Source: Nemertoderma westbladi (lineage: Eukaryota; Animalia; Xenacoelomorpha). Taken from it: DNA of 64,000 nucleotides. Of this stretch, positions 43,839 to 57,800 are shown piece after piece. The stretch covers positions 585 through 64,584 of the forward strand of contig JAUCBJ010007250.1 in NCBI GenBank assembly GCA_032718475.1, given 5' to 3'. Position 1 is the first letter of the stretch. Each line of letters begins with the position of its first letter. Below the pieces are notes generated by a model. The model had not been told where the DNA came from. It saw nothing but the letters and a program-made list of their open reading frames with translations, and did no database searches. The position numbers and the translations under genes were made by a program.

Positions 43839-44457
43839 CCGGGTGTTCCACAATGATTGCCCCCCCCCCCCCCCCAGGCCAGCCAAAACTACCAGACATG
43901 CACCTTAGTGTACTATATCATTCGAAAGATAATTTATTTCTGAGCTTGCATGCAAAAATTTAGGGCCCAATACAAAAGTATAAAAATTTTATAGGCAATT
44001 CTTTAAACCGATCTTACTTTTCAATATTTGTGATTTAATCACAATTAAAAAAATATATAATTTATCCAGCGTTAGTCATCAGCTTTACAGCCATGTTTCC
44101 CCTTTGCAGCACGGGGAGCTCCTCGATAGTGGCAAAGGATGTTGGCCCTTAAAAGGTCCGTTTTGGTTTGAGTTCAGTTTGATTATGCCACAGAATCACG
44201 ACCCTCTCTAAATGTAACATCTCTAATCCTGTCAACCATACGTTTTTCTTCAGAGTCATCGAAGATTGTACTGCAACTTGTCATTTGAATTACTTTTGTT
44301 AGGCCTAATTCAGTAAAATTACAAAAGAATCACTAATACCGGTAACGTAATAACTGTAATATATTGCAATACAGCAAAACTGTTTAAACAGGTTGCAACC
44401 TGCAAAGCTAATAATGACTAACTAACGCTGGATAAATTTTATTTTATTTTTAATTGT
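43839..44457. mobile_element. Non-autonomous DNA transposon remnant (Tc1/mariner-like end, internal inverted repeat)
   Basis: TA|CCGGGTGTTCC start; imperfect inverted repeat ~44041-44090 versus ~44405-44457. No second TIR found. Confidence 0.4.
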
Positions 44458-45757
44458 CAATTCGTCAAGGAGACTGCCTCTCTCCTTTATTATTTCAATT
44501 ATTTATCAACGAGGTTTGAAGCTGAAATAGCTTGCTCTGGCATTGATTGTATTCAAATTGGTTCTTTGAAATTATTTTTGCTTTTGTACGCCGACGACGT
44601 TATCCTGGTTGCAGATACTGTACATAATCTGCAGATTTCATTGGATGTTCTAGAAAATTACTGCAAATACTGGTTACTGTCGGTTAATCTAGATAAAAGT
44701 AATATAGTAATATTTCGAAAAGGTGGAGGAGTGAGCAACAGTGAGAAGTGGACATATAAGGGAAATAATATGACGATCGTAAATTGTTACACATATTTGG
44801 GTATAGATTTCAGTCAGTTTCACGGGGAAATTTAATACTGCGCAGAAAAGCCTTGCAAATAAAGGGGAGAAAGTGTATTTCTCACTGATGCGGTACTTGA
44901 CGTTTTTTCCTAACATAGCTTTTCTTTAGCAAATTACCTATTCTGTTGCCTAGTCAAGCCGATTTTAACATATGGTTGTGCTGTATAGGGTTTTAATTCC
45001 GGTCCCGATGTTGAACGAGTTCATTTAAAATTTTTGAAAAACTTTCTAGGTGTCAAACCGTCGACTCCAAATTTTATTGTATATGGCGAGACTGGTGTTT
45101 TCCCGTTACAATTGGACCGCAAGTTACAAATTATAAAATATTGGTTAAAAATCTTAAAACTTCCTGATATGCGACTAGTTAAACAAGCATACCACATGCA
45201 GCTGTCGGATATACTTATCAAAAATTCGAAAAACTGGGCATCTCAAGTGCGAGACACTCTTAATTCGATCGGCCTATGTTGGGCTTGGAATCTTCAAGAT
45301 GTGCAGTGTAACGGCCAATTTCTTAGAGGTAAAGGAACGATTATACTCGCAGTATATTCAAATCTGGTGGTCTGCAAAACACTTGTCTCCCAAAGGTGCG
45401 CTTTATTTTAAGAACTTGTATGCAACGGATCCATATTTAAATAATTTGAGGGCGCATGTAACCTTACGTAGACTTATAGCCCGGTTACGCTGTTCTTCCC
45501 ATACGCTTTTAATAGAGTACGGTAGATGGTATAACATCCCCCGGGAGCGTAGACTCTGCCGTCTCTGTCACAAAAATGAAGTGGAAGATGAGTATCATTT
45601 CCTACTGGTTTGTAACCGTCTTAAAGAAATAAGGAGAAAATATTTAGGGGTTTATTTTTTGTTTAATCCTGGAGTAAATAAAGAACACGAACTTGTTACT
45701 ACCAAATCACAGGTGAAATTACTGAACTTAGGAAAATTTATTCTGTACGCAAATAAA
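44457..45757 (+). pseudogene. 5'-truncated LINE ORF2 (RT C-half plus C-terminal Cys/His motif; RTE-X-like, clade tentative)
   Basis: RQGDCLSPLLF, LLYADD, YTYLG, RLCRLCHKNEVEDEYHFLLVC; frameshifted. Confidence 0.85.
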
Positions 45758-45910
45758 TTAACCCTATTAAACCCGGGGGGGGGGGGGTCAATATGACCTC
45801 CCCGTGGATTTTTTATTATAATTCTGAAACAAACACAGTTGGGAATCTGAAATTTTATGACTTTTCCTAAAAATCTATTGTCTTCCTAGTAGTGAAAACC
45901 GTTTTCAAAA
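45758..45910. mobile_element. piggyBac-like terminal fragment
   Basis: TTAA|CCCT start exactly where the LINE coding sequence stops; no partner end seen. Confidence 0.35.
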
Positions 45911-46545
45911 ATGCAAGTGTGTCTCCTTGGAGGACTCCCCATAATACTTCAAATGGTTCTGTGTCACCATCAACAAAGCAGCCTTAACTGCATTCTTGGC
46001 CACTGTAGTCTGTTGGGACTCTTTCTGCGCCTTATAGAGGTTATTTCGGCACATATGAAGTTTGTGGTCATTAGTTTTTTCCTGTTTCGAAGGTATACAG
46101 GAACTGTTTCTGCAGCTGCTAACTTAACTGCTTCTGTAAAGGCAGTATATAGCCCTCACAGTAATCTGCCACCTCAGAGGCAAGAACCTCATACCTGTTG
46201 CTCAGCTGTAGTGTGAAGCTGGATCTCACACTTGGCTGTTGCAACAGAGAGGACCAGTCATGCCGCGGCAAGGCAGATTTCGTTGTTCTGCTAGCACGCA
46301 GACTAAGTCTTACCTTGGCCACAATAAGGCGGTGATCACTGGAGAAGGGTCGAAGTGTAAATGCATTACAGTCTTGTATAGATCTCCTGTATTTCCTATG
46401 AAACAGATTATGGTCTATCTGGGACTTGTGACCACTGGGACCACTATGAGTCCATAGCTTTCCAGTTTGATTCTTGAACTGGGTTCCAGTTGAAAACAAT
46501 CCATTTCCAGAGATAAAATCCCGAAGATGGATGGAATTTCGGTTT
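45910..46545 (-). pseudogene. RTE-type LINE endonuclease and linker fragment
   Basis: LWTHSGPSGHKSQIDH...SSDHRLIVAKVRL. Confidence 0.8.
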
Positions 46546-46839
46546 ACAAATCTTTTTCAAATCTGGGCAAATCATATTCCTATAATCATGTTGGAATTAT
46601 GTTCGTCTCAATAGGAATTAAATTCGCTTTTGAAAATGTTAGATTGGAACTATGTTAGTGCTATGCATCACAAGCATTGCCAGTTATGCTTTAATGACAA
46701 TAATCGCTGTATTAGAGTTATGTCATATTCGTAAGAATATCAACTCAATCCACTAGGATGCATTGATTTTGGGTGAATGAATGAATTCATATTATTATAA
46801 CTATCATTGGGTACAGCTTAGGAAAGCCAGCAATACCAT

Positions 46840-46915
46840 TCAGGTAGTGATGGGATTGAACTGATGACTTTTAGGTGGGAAGTCTGATGCTCTAACCATT
46901 CTGCTAGCAGTAGCG
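46840..46915 (-). mobile_element. tRNA-derived SINE head (degenerate)
   Basis: - strand TAGCAGAATGGTTAGAGCA (A-box) and AGTTCAATCCC (B-box) at tRNA spacing. Confidence 0.5.
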
Positions 46916-47482
46916 GCTCGGGGTAGACCTAGAAATACTACCTGATTCCATGTACTCTATGTACACAATTTACGTCCTCATGGCTTCCCATCTATCAGTA
47001 CCAGTTGTATTTTTCTATGGGTGTAAGTGCCCTGTCTAACTCCCACTATGTGATGGTGCTCTGGTCGCACAAGTTCTACGCAAGTCCCCATATACTGATG
47101 GAGCAACAATCTGCATTGGAAAAATGCTTTATATCACTGAAAAGAGGGGAAACTCTGTAATACTCGTTCCAAAAACCACTTATTCCCCAACCAGGTCTTC
47201 TGTGGTGTCCATATCTGAGACATGGATTCAGTCTGCCAGCCTTCCAATAGGCATAGTTAATTGGAGCGCTCTAGCCAAAGAAATTATCAGACAAGTTGCT
47301 GGTCGACCTGAACACATGGCTTGGATCATCGAAAGGTGGGACCCAATCTCAGTGATGAGGAGGTAGCTGATGAAGTGTATGCAAAGGTTCTCCCTGAGGA
47401 GCTGAATGTGGGCATACCACTGCCCAAGTTGGCCATCACGAAGCTCATAGTCCACAAGTTTATGAAGTTATCTGGAGTAGCG

Positions 47483-48593
47483 GGAAGCAGGACAATTCGG
47501 TCCCGGACAATTCGGTCCGGACAATTCGGTCCCGGACAATTCGGTCCCATTAATTTTGTGTTTTGGGACCGAATTGTGCGGGACCGAATTGTCCGGGACC
47601 GAATTGTCCGGATACTGACTAGGACAATTCGGTCCCAAAACATGCATATTAATGGGACCGAATTGTCCGGGACCGTATTGTCAGGGACCGAATTGTCCGG
47701 GACCGAATTGTCCAGGACTGAATTGTCAGGGACCAAATTTAATTGGTACTATATAATGGTGAATGTTCTAGAACCGTAACATATATTATTATATGGTAGC
47801 TAGTGTTTTTTTTACTAGTTAGTATTTTTTTTTAAATAAAAAAAATTTACTTTTTTTGGTAACATTATTAGTTATGGTAGCTATGGTGTTTTATAGAGCT
47901 TGTGAATTATAGTATATAGTATATATATAGTATATATATATTATAGTATAGCTAGTAATAGTATATATTTAAAATGTTTAAAACTGATTTTTTTTATATA
48001 TTGCGTAAGTATACTGTATGTGTTATTGGTTGGTTAACAAGCCTAAATTATTATCCTAGATAATATCTGGATCTCATTCAGGGACTGTTATAATATCATC
48101 AATATTGTTGGTAATTGATATAATCAGCAACAGTTTAGGCCTAATTCTGAAATATCAATGTTTTTACAAGTGTTTTTATAATTTCAAGGAAATGCTAGCT
48201 AGTAAAAAAAAACACTAGCTACACCTTAATAAATAATATATAATAATGTTCTTGAACACTTACCTATAACAAAAATAAAAAAAATGCAGTATTTTTAAAA
48301 TTTCAAAAAATAAAATTCTAGCAAGTAAATAACACTAGCTACCATAACAAATATCTCTACTAATGTTCTAGAACATTCACCAATATCAAAAAAGCACTAA
48401 AAAGTTGCTATCAGGAACCGGACAATTCGGTCCCGGACAATTCGGTCCTAGGACAATTCGGTCCTAGGATAATTCGGTCCCGGACAATTCGGTCCCATTT
48501 ATTTAGTGTTTTGGGACCGAATTGTCCTGGACCGAATTGTCCGGGACCGAATTGGCCGGACCGAATTGTCCGGGACCGAATTGTCCTACATCC
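47483..48593. mobile_element. Mutator-type foldback MITE with 15-bp subterminal tandem repeats
   Basis: TIRs GGAAGCAGGACAATTCGG and CCGAATTGTCCTACATCC; 9-bp TSD GGAGTAGCG (47474-47482, 48594-48602); many GGACAATTCGGTCCC units in both orientations. Confidence 0.85.
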
Positions 48594-48954
48594 GGAGTAG
48601 CGATGTATGGAGATACTTGTGGCAGAGTGGCTCATACAGTGCTAGTGGAAACAGTGTACCAACCTCAAAGATTCATTCAACTGTTGGTGTATTGTAATAA
48701 TAATAATTGGTAATAATAACAATATTGACAGTATATTAATAAAGTAAACTAAGTAAACCCTGTTGTTGTGGCTGTACGTACTATACTGCTATACTCAGTT
48801 ATATGGATACCGGTAGGCATTGTTCTGACTGCCAGAAGGCAGAATGTGCATTAGATCCTGGAGGTAGGATAGTAACTACTAGGCCAATTCCTAAAAACTC
48901 TCATTCTAATCTCGATACTTTTGAGGGCAGATTGCTCTGTCAAAGTTGTAAAGT

Positions 48955-50343
48955 GTGGGCAACCGTGACCCACCTAACGCCAACAGCGTTCTGGAAGACG
49001 ATTCATCAGACGAGGATGAGTTGTCTCAACTTGAACCTGCCACTTCCAGGCTGGAGTCAGTTGGTCTATCGACCGACAATACGGAAAATCCCAAAGTTAT
49101 TTACGAGCTGCTATGTTTTGTGCAGTTTCAAATTTCCTCAATGGACAAAACATCACTCGTTTCGGTTGTTTCAAATTTTTACTCCCTCTCTGAGGTAGTG
49201 GCTGCCAAAAGACTCCTCTTTGATGAAGCGGGTAAATGCGCATCCGCCGATCGTCCTCTGCCTGCGTGGGTGGGTCGGATGGGTAATAAAAAGAAAAAGG
49301 CCCACATTAACGATATATTTAATCTGTTCAATGAGAGCGCTTTTATCGATATCCCCACGAGACCTATATTTGTTGCGCTAAACACTTCTCGTCTACCCAC
49401 TTCCGATAATTTGTCGGCTAAGGCAGCAGTTAGGGACGAAGAAGTACGTGACCTACGGGACCTGGTTATTTCGCTAAAAGAGAAGGTTTTGATCCACGAC
49501 TCCCTATTGACCTCTTCTGTCTGTAGTCGGGAGGATTACTTGAAGCTAAAGCACTATGTTTTAAGTAACAATTCAGTCAACGTTGTGTCTGCTGGGGGAA
49601 CTCCTGGGTCAGCTACCGTGTGGAAACACCAAGTCGCCCCTCCTCCTCCGCCAGTGATCCTCGTTGATGGGGATACGGCGGACAGTCTGGATAATGCCCC
49701 GCTCCGGGCATATAGGGATACTCCGGGACCGGCTCCCGGCAATTACCCCCGTTCCAGAACCGGCCGGCCTCCGCAAGGCTATCGCTCTAGTGATGTTGGC
49801 GCCAACGTCTCGCTCCGCTCTCGGTCCACTGTACTCAACCATGATCTACCTTTACATTCAGGTTCTACTGGCGGTAATGCCGCAGCCGATTCTAATATTG
49901 ATGAGGATGGATTTCGTCTCGTCCGTAATAAAAAGAAACGTGCGGCTCCGCGATTTGGGACAGGAGATTTCTCGTCTGGGGATTTTGCTGATCTCTCGCT
50001 GGGCTCACCCTCTCGGCTAAAGAGGTTCCAGAAAGGAAGGGATCAAATATTTGTATCGCGATTTAAGCCGCATGTATCTGCTGACTTGGTTAAAAACTTC
50101 TTATCTGATAAACTTAACGTAGATGTGGACGTTGTTGAGAATCCTAATAAAATCAACAATTCGTATAACTCCTTTATTGTAAGCCCACCTGACGAGTCTT
50201 CCTTCTCTACACTCCTACAGTTGGATTCATGGCCAAAGGGTATAATTGTTAAGCGCTTTTGGCCTGCGCCGCGTTCCGGCTTCGCCAAACCGACATCCTC
50301 ACCGCCTTCGACCCGCAGGGTGGGTGAGTCACCAGTAGCCTGA
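48955..50343 (+). CDS. LINE ORF1 protein
   Basis: Directly upstream of ORF2; coiled-coil stretch, DGFRLVRNKKKR, IFVSRF and WPKGIIVKRF motifs typical of LINE ORF1. The true start may be ATG 48803 via a frameshift. Confidence 0.8.
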   Translation: MGNRDPPNANSVLEDDSSDEDELSQLEPATSRLESVGLSTDNTENPKVIYELLCFVQFQISSMDKTSLVSVVSNFYSLSEVVAAKRLLFDEAGKCASADRPLPAWVGRMGNKKKKAHINDIFNLFNESAFIDIPTRPIFVALNTSRLPTSDNLSAKAAVRDEEVRDLRDLVISLKEKVLIHDSLLTSSVCSREDYLKLKHYVLSNNSVNVVSAGGTPGSATVWKHQVAPPPPPVILVDGDTADSLDNAPLRAYRDTPGPAPGNYPRSRTGRPPQGYRSSDVGANVSLRSRSTVLNHDLPLHSGSTGGNAAADSNIDEDGFRLVRNKKKRAAPRFGTGDFSSGDFADLSLGSPSRLKRFQKGRDQIFVSRFKPHVSADLVKNFLSDKLNVDVDVVENPNKINNSYNSFIVSPPDESSFSTLLQLDSWPKGIIVKRFWPAPRSGFAKPTSSPPSTRRVGESPVA

Positions 50344-53300
50344 TAGGTTGCTGATATGGTTCTGTTTTATATACACATTACACAGTATAACTTTTGCGCT
50401 CATATACTCTACAGTGAAACTCTTCATTGATCATAAACTTAACATTATCAATGGCTATCCTAAACTCACTTAGAATATGCACTTATAACTGCAGTGGCCT
50501 GAATAATAACCCGGATGTCATTAAGGCTTTATGTGACTCGCATGACGTCGTTTTTTTTACAGGAAACCTGGTTGGTGAAGCAAAAATTGCCCAAATTAAA
50601 TTCGCTCCATAATGACTTTTTTAGTTCGGGTGTATCTTCCGTCGATTTGGCTGATGGTCCATTGGTCGGCCGTCCTTTTGGCGGGTTGGCTGTTTTATGG
50701 CGCAAACATTTATCCAGTTCAATAAATATAGTCAATATTAATGAAAGAATTATTGGTTGTAACATTAAAAGTACTGACGGTTCTAACACTCTGTTACTGA
50801 ATGTATATATGCCTTGTGAATCCGTTGATAATTTAGATTTGTATCTAGAGTTATTAGGTGAATGTTCTGCGTACATTGCTGAGCACCCTGGTTCTAAATG
50901 TGCTATTTTGGGAGACTTTAATACTGCTCCCGATCGACCGTTTGGTAATGAACTGAAATTATTTTGTGATTGTTTTTCATTGATATGGTCTGATTTACAT
51001 ATTCTACCCGATGACACTTTTTCATTTACCAGCCATGTACATGGCACAGTGTCGTGGTTAGACCACATCGTTTCCACCGCCGACTTTCATTCCTCTATTA
51101 GTAATATTACTGTCCTACGTGATCTTGTTTATGATGAACATTTACCCGTCTCAGTGACTGTATCTTTGCTGCTTAGTGCGTCCACACCTGGCAGTAGCAA
51201 TAACATCACTTTTTCCAATAACGCAACGTGGGATAAAGCCAGCGGTGAAAATATTTCAAAATATTCTCAAACTGTTGATGAACAACTACGTTTATTACAG
51301 TTACCCCTTTCTGCTTTAACTTGTTGTGATATTCATTGTGAGAATATTAACCATAAAATGTCACTAAATTCGTGTTATACTGATACTATTAATATTCTAC
51401 ATAGCTGTACATCAAAATTTATTCCTCAAAAAAGGGGTAATTCAATCTCCAATTGCATTCCTGGCTGGAATGAGTTTATAAAAGAAAAGCGGGCTGCGGC
51501 GCAGGAGGCTTTTCATATTTGGTGCGAACAAGGGCGGCCTAGGTTTGCCCTTGTATGGGAGGTAAAGAAAAAAACGGCCGCGCAATTTAAATTGGCTCTC
51601 CGAAATTGCAAACGGGAGGAAGGTGCTTTGCGAGCAGATCGCCTAGCGGCTTCTTTTATTAACTCCAGAAAAGATTTTTGGAGTTCAATAAAGAAAGCAA
51701 CAACTATTACAATGGGTTTAGCAACCTCTGTCGGCTCCGCCCACACTGAGGAAGAAATAGCCGATTTATTCAAATCTAATTATTATGATATTTTTAATTC
51801 AGTCCCTGTATCTGAAATTGACTCTACTTTTGTGCAGTGTAAGTTTTCTGAATGGGACGGCTCCAATAATGTCCATATTTCTGCTGATAAGGTGAAAGAT
51901 GCCATCAACGGTCTGCAGTGTGGAAAGGCTGCCGGGCCTGATGGCATCTTCCCTGAAAGTTATATTTTTGGCGGTAACCTTTTGCCAGTAATTTTGTGTT
52001 TATTGTTCAATTCATTTATAACTCATGGGTTTTTGCCTCAATCGTTAATTAATTCTAGTTTGTTGCCTATTATCAAAGATAAAAACGCTAGTATGAGTGA
52101 ACGTTTGAATTACCGACCCATAGCCAAAGCTACAGCTGGCTCTAAGGTTTTGGAAACGTGTTTGCTTCGGCTCGTTGCCATGCATTCCAATATATCTGAC
52201 AACCAGTTTGGTTTTGCAGAGGGCCTAGGTACAGAAATGTGTATTTTTGCCTTAAAACAAACAATTCACTTATATATTAGTAAAGACTCACCTGTGTATA
52301 CTGCCTTCTTAGACGCCTCGAAAGCGTTTGACCGCGTCAATCATAGTAAACTTTTTCGAAAGCTAATTGAACTTGGTGTTGTATTATTGGTATTGTAAGA
52401 CTCTTGGCCTTTTGGTATTCCCATCAACTAATTTATATTAGCTGGGGTTCTGCTTCTTCCGGTGCATTTTTGGTTTCAAATGGTGTCCGTCAAGGAAGTT
52501 TGCTCAGCCCCCTCTTATTTAACATTTATATGAATGACTTAAGTGTAGAACTCAACAAATCTAATGTTGGTTGTAGAGTTGGAAAGAGTCTTTTAAATCA
52601 CTTATTTTACGCAGATGACCTGTGTTTACTGTCGCCGAGTATTTTTGGGTTACGTGCACTAGTCAAGATATGTGAGCGTTACGGCGCTAAATTTGATATT
52701 TTGTTCAATCCACTGAAATCACACTGTTTGTATTTTATGCCCTATCGTTTTCACCGTGCAGGCGACATCTATCTCAATGGAAAACCGTTAGAGTGTGTTA
52801 AGCAGGTTTCTTACTTGGGACACATTATAAGCTGTGACCTTTCTGATGAAGCAGACATAAATAAAATTAAATCTTCTTTATTTTGTCGAGGTAATTTGTT
52901 AGTTAGAAATTTCTCTCGGTGTTCTCTTGGTGTTAAACTATGTTTGTTCAAAACTTATTGCTACAGTTTATATTGCAGCTCTTTGTGGTCTATTTTCCGT
53001 GTTCAAACTTTGCGACAAGTGAAAGTAGCCTATAACATGTGTTTTCGTCTGTTGTTTAAATACTCCCGCAGTGACGATGCAGACACAATTTTTGTTAATA
53101 ATAGAGTAAATACCTTTAAGGCCATTATGCGTGTTAAGGTCCGATATGAATCAAAATAAATTGTAAACTTTTATCTGACTAAGTAGTATATTTTCTAGAT
53201 TGATCTAACCGAATAATAAATATTATATCCTACAAACAGCTGTACTACGTTGTATAATCTAAGTAAAGGTCATATTACTGGATGGTGTAAGAGTCAATGT

Positions 53301-53655
53301 ATCGAGATTTGATTATCCCATTATAGTCATTTATATAAGGTATTTTTCCAGTGTTAATTACATTGCAATATAATTAAGGATTAAAGCAATATACACTTTT
53401 ATTGACTCTTACACGACACCCCTCGTTAAGAGCGGAGCTCATAATTTAAAATGCTATATGGAAATAAAGAACTTCCAAATAACATCCAAAAAATATATTT
53501 CTTATAACTAATATGGCCGCCTACTACGCCCGATTACTAAAAATATAATTATTCTGTAGGTTTAAACGAAATAATCAAATAATTATACCAAATACATTAT
53601 ATTAAGTAATTTGCATGTGTGGAACAAACATATTATAATTAATTATGTATGAATG

Positions 53656-54800
53656 CTACTGAATTGGGAATTGAAAACGAACTTTCTTTATTGATTTTGT
53701 TTTGTCAGATATATGATTTATTACGGGTTTGACCCTATCTAATGATATTACTTCATTTTTATCCCGTAATTTAATCGTAATAGTTTTTTCCTTGAGTTGT
53801 ACAATTTCATATGGCCCTTTGTACAATGGATGCAGCGAAGACCGCTTAATAGGATCACGAATCCATACATGAGTAGCTTTTTGTAGAGATTTAGGAACGT
53901 AACCTTTATTTGAATAATTTCTTCTTGGGGGAAGAAATTTGTCAACTTTTGCAAAAAGTTTTTGTACGAATTCTGGAACTGTTGGGGTATCTTTATGTGA
54001 TTCTGGCTCAAAAAATTGTCCAGGAAGTAACAATTCAGTTCCGTATAAGAGCTGAGCTGGCGAATTACCATGAATTCCTACGGCTGACCTTAAACCTAAA
54101 AGGACTAGTGGCAGTTCGTTATACCATGAAGAATTATTGCACTTCGCTCGCAATGAAGCTTTTAATGAGCGATGAAATCTCTCTACGAGACCGTTGCACG
54201 CTGGATGATAAGCAGTAGTTCTCGACCTATCAATTCCTAATTCTCGAATAAGCGCACTGAATAATCGAGACTCGAATTGTGAGCCACGATCAGTTATTAT
54301 TTTTCGTGGAACGCCGTATCGACTAACCCACGATGTCAGAAAAGCGTTTGCAATACTATCTGTTGTAATATCACGTAGTGGCGCAACCTCTGGCCACCTA
54401 GTAAATCTATCTATGGCTGTAAATAAGTATTTGTATCCACACGATGAAGGGAGAGGACCTACAATGTCTATATGTATGGTATCAAGTCTAGAGTAAGTTG
54501 GTATAGATTCTATTGGCATATTAATTTTACGAGTTACTTTTGATACTTGACAATTAACACACTCATTAGCCCACTGTTTTATTTATTTATTCATCCCTGG
54601 CCAAATGTATCTACTAGAAATGAGGCACAATGACTCTTTCCAACCAGGATGTGCAAGGTTATGAATTGAATCAAATATTTCCCGTCTTAATTGCACAGGC
54701 AAATAGGGTCTTAAGTTAATGGATGTGTCATCATACATTACAAATTGGTTCTCATTTACCGCAATTCGTTTCAAAGGTAAATTGGTTGATTTAAAAAATA
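53656..54800 (-). CDS. Gypsy integrase (frameshifted from the upstream ORF)
   Basis: HNLAHPG, HIDIVGPLP, ITDRGSQF, NGLVERFH, GPY motif. Confidence 0.9.
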
Positions 54801-54832
54801 ACAGTAGAGCCTTATCTTTTAACTGAAAATCC

Positions 54833-57800
54833 CTAATTCTCCGCTAATTCTCTCAAATTGTCAAATGAGATGGTTGAACAAGGTCTAGACAATGTGTCGG
54901 CTACGATATTGTCTTTTCCGGCAACATGTTTTATTTCACAATTAAATTCCGAAAGGAAAGATAGCCAACGGGACTGCTGTGGTGTCGGATTTTTCATATT
55001 TAAACAATGAACGAGAGGTTTGTGGTCAGTATATATTGTTATGACTTGTCCAAATAACCAATCGTAATGTTTGAGTGTTGTGTATATCGCCAGTAACTCA
55101 CGGTCAAATGCAGATTTTTTACTTTCAGTGGATGTAAGTTTTCGTGAAAAAAATGCTAGTGGTTCAGATTTTCCTTCTACCATTTGATGCACTACAGCAC
55201 CTACCGCCTGCCCTGATGCATCTGTCGTTATGGTTAATGGAGCCCCGGGTGATGGAAATGATAATGTTACAGTTTGTTTTAATGCCTCTTTTAGCCTTAT
55301 AAAAGCTGTATCTGCCTCCGGGGTAAATGAAAATTTTTCACTTTTCGATTTTGTGGACCTAGTTAGATCAGTAAGCGGAGCTGCAATAGATGAGAAGTTT
55401 GGAGTGAAACGGTGGTAAAAGCCACACATACCTAGAAACCTGCGCAGTGAGGATATGGTTTTTGGCCTTGGAAACTCGTCTATCGCTCTAATTTTCTCAG
55501 GGTTTGGACGAACGCCTGATTTAGTAACAATGTACCCAAGAAATAAAACTTCCTGCTGTATAAATGTACATTTGCTAATGCTAGCCTTAAGACCCCTTTC
55601 CTCTAATCGTTTAAGAACCGTTTCTATGTCTTTATAGTGCTGTTCTATGTTTTCACTGGCTATTAATATATCGTCAATATATCCAATTGCAAATTTTAAG
55701 TTGTAGAGGGTTGTATCAATTAGCCGCTGAAATGTTTGTGAGGCATTTCTTAATCCAAATGGCATTCGCCGAAAAGAAAACATACCAAATGGCGTGGTTA
55801 TTGCAGTTTTTTTAACATCATCAGGCGCGACCGGTATTTGGTGAAAAGCTGTTTTCAAATCAATTTTTGAAAAAATATTACAACCTCTACAATTGTTTGT
55901 AATGTCTGCAATGTTTGGCATAGGATAACAATCCCGGACAGTCAATCGGTTCAATTTCCTATAATCACCACAGGGTCTCCAGCTACCATTGGTTTTAGGG
56001 GCAAGATGGAGAGGCGAGGACCAGCAGGATTCACTACGCTCTACTATTTTTGAGTTCAACAAATCATCGAATTCTTTAGTAGCTATTTTGAATTTTTCTC
56101 CGTACAATCTCCGTGGTCTAGAAAAACATGGAGGTCCGGTTGTTAAAATATGATGTTCGATATCATGTTTGACAGGTGCATCTAAGCTTTCTGACGCAAA
56201 AACTGATTTATATTTTTGAGTAATTTTATTTAAACGATTATCTGAGGTAATTCGATTAATATTCGGATGCCCTTTTTTATGACTCTTTTGAAAATATATA
56301 TCTGACAAACATAAATCAATTTTAGGAGGGCCTGAACATCCTATGAATTCATTTCCTACAGTAAAATCGTCTAAAGTAAGACCTACAACGCTACCCATAA
56401 CACCTATAATGAAAAATAATGGTAATATTTTAAAGTTATGAAGAAAATAAGCACAAGGGTAACACGAAGTTAATATCAGTAATAGTAATATCACATTATT
56501 TTTAAATGATGAAAAATACCTACTATTACTTCTAAAAGATTCCCTCTTGTGAGTCGTATCACTTTCCTGAGAACGTTTTGGAATATGTTTAGAATTCGGT
56601 TGTTGTAATTTTGGAATGGGTGATTGCTCACATGAGACATTCTTGACTTTGTTTACACATGAGACGGACGTCCTATTCATACTATTAAGATTGCGGAAGT
56701 ATACCTTTCTATTTCTACAGTCTATGTTAATATTGTAGTGTTGATGAAGAAAGTCTAAACCAAGAATTGGTTGACTTACATCAGCAACAATAAATGTCCA
56801 TGAAAACAATTTATTGGATAGTTCCGGTATAGAAAAAGAAAGTTTACCTTTACCGTAAGATTTTATACTTGAGTGATTGGCAGCTGTTAAACTTTCAGAA
56901 TTTGGTACTAATTCTTCTAAGTACATTTTGAAACATGGTGGCAAAATGGAGAGGTCACTTCCGGAATCTACTAATAATTCACCTATAGGTAAAGCTTGTA
57001 CATGTATAGCGTTGACATCGCTAGTATTATTATAATTTTGATTTGAGTTACCTGGCATTGTTGAGCTTGCCTTAGAGAAATCTTTCCAGTTACATGGAGG
57101 TTCACACTTCGATGCCTCTTTACCGTAGGTGAAATGGTAGTAGCACCATGGCCCGGTTGGATTATATGAGCGAGATTCAGAACGTCGTCGGCTGGGAGTT
57201 CTTTGCCGACTTAGTGATCGTTGTTGCCATGAACGACCTCTACCATCTTCTCGATTAGATGACATAGCTCGTAGCTGTGTGTTGATTTGGTTAATCTGAT
57301 CAGAAAGCATCTGTTGCGATTGTACTAAGAGTCTTTGAGATTCTTGCAGGGCACCAAGTTCGGTAACGTGAGCAACTGGAAATAAAGATGATTGATCTGT
57401 TTTCGACTGATGCTGCTCCATCATCTTGTCTGCTGTTTCTGACAATCTTTCCAGGTTAAGGTCATCTAAAGTTGATAACACAATACTAATAGTGGGAGGA
57501 AGAATTTCAAGAAATCGCAATCTAACAACCTGCTCGTTGCCAGGTGCAAGACGCAACATCTGTCGCAAAGCCGCTGACGGTTTTCGATCGCCGAGCTCCT
57601 GTTCTGCCAGGAGTCTCCTTAAGCGTCTGTCATCACTATCGGCGAGGTGAGTGATGATGTTGCTCCGAATGATGTCAAAAGAATCCGTTACATTGACACC
57701 TGCATCTAATATTATCTCTGTAGGTAATGCTGCTAATAGATTCGATTTCATAGATGAATGACTGTGTCCCAGCAATACCGCTTCAACCTGGTGGAACCAA

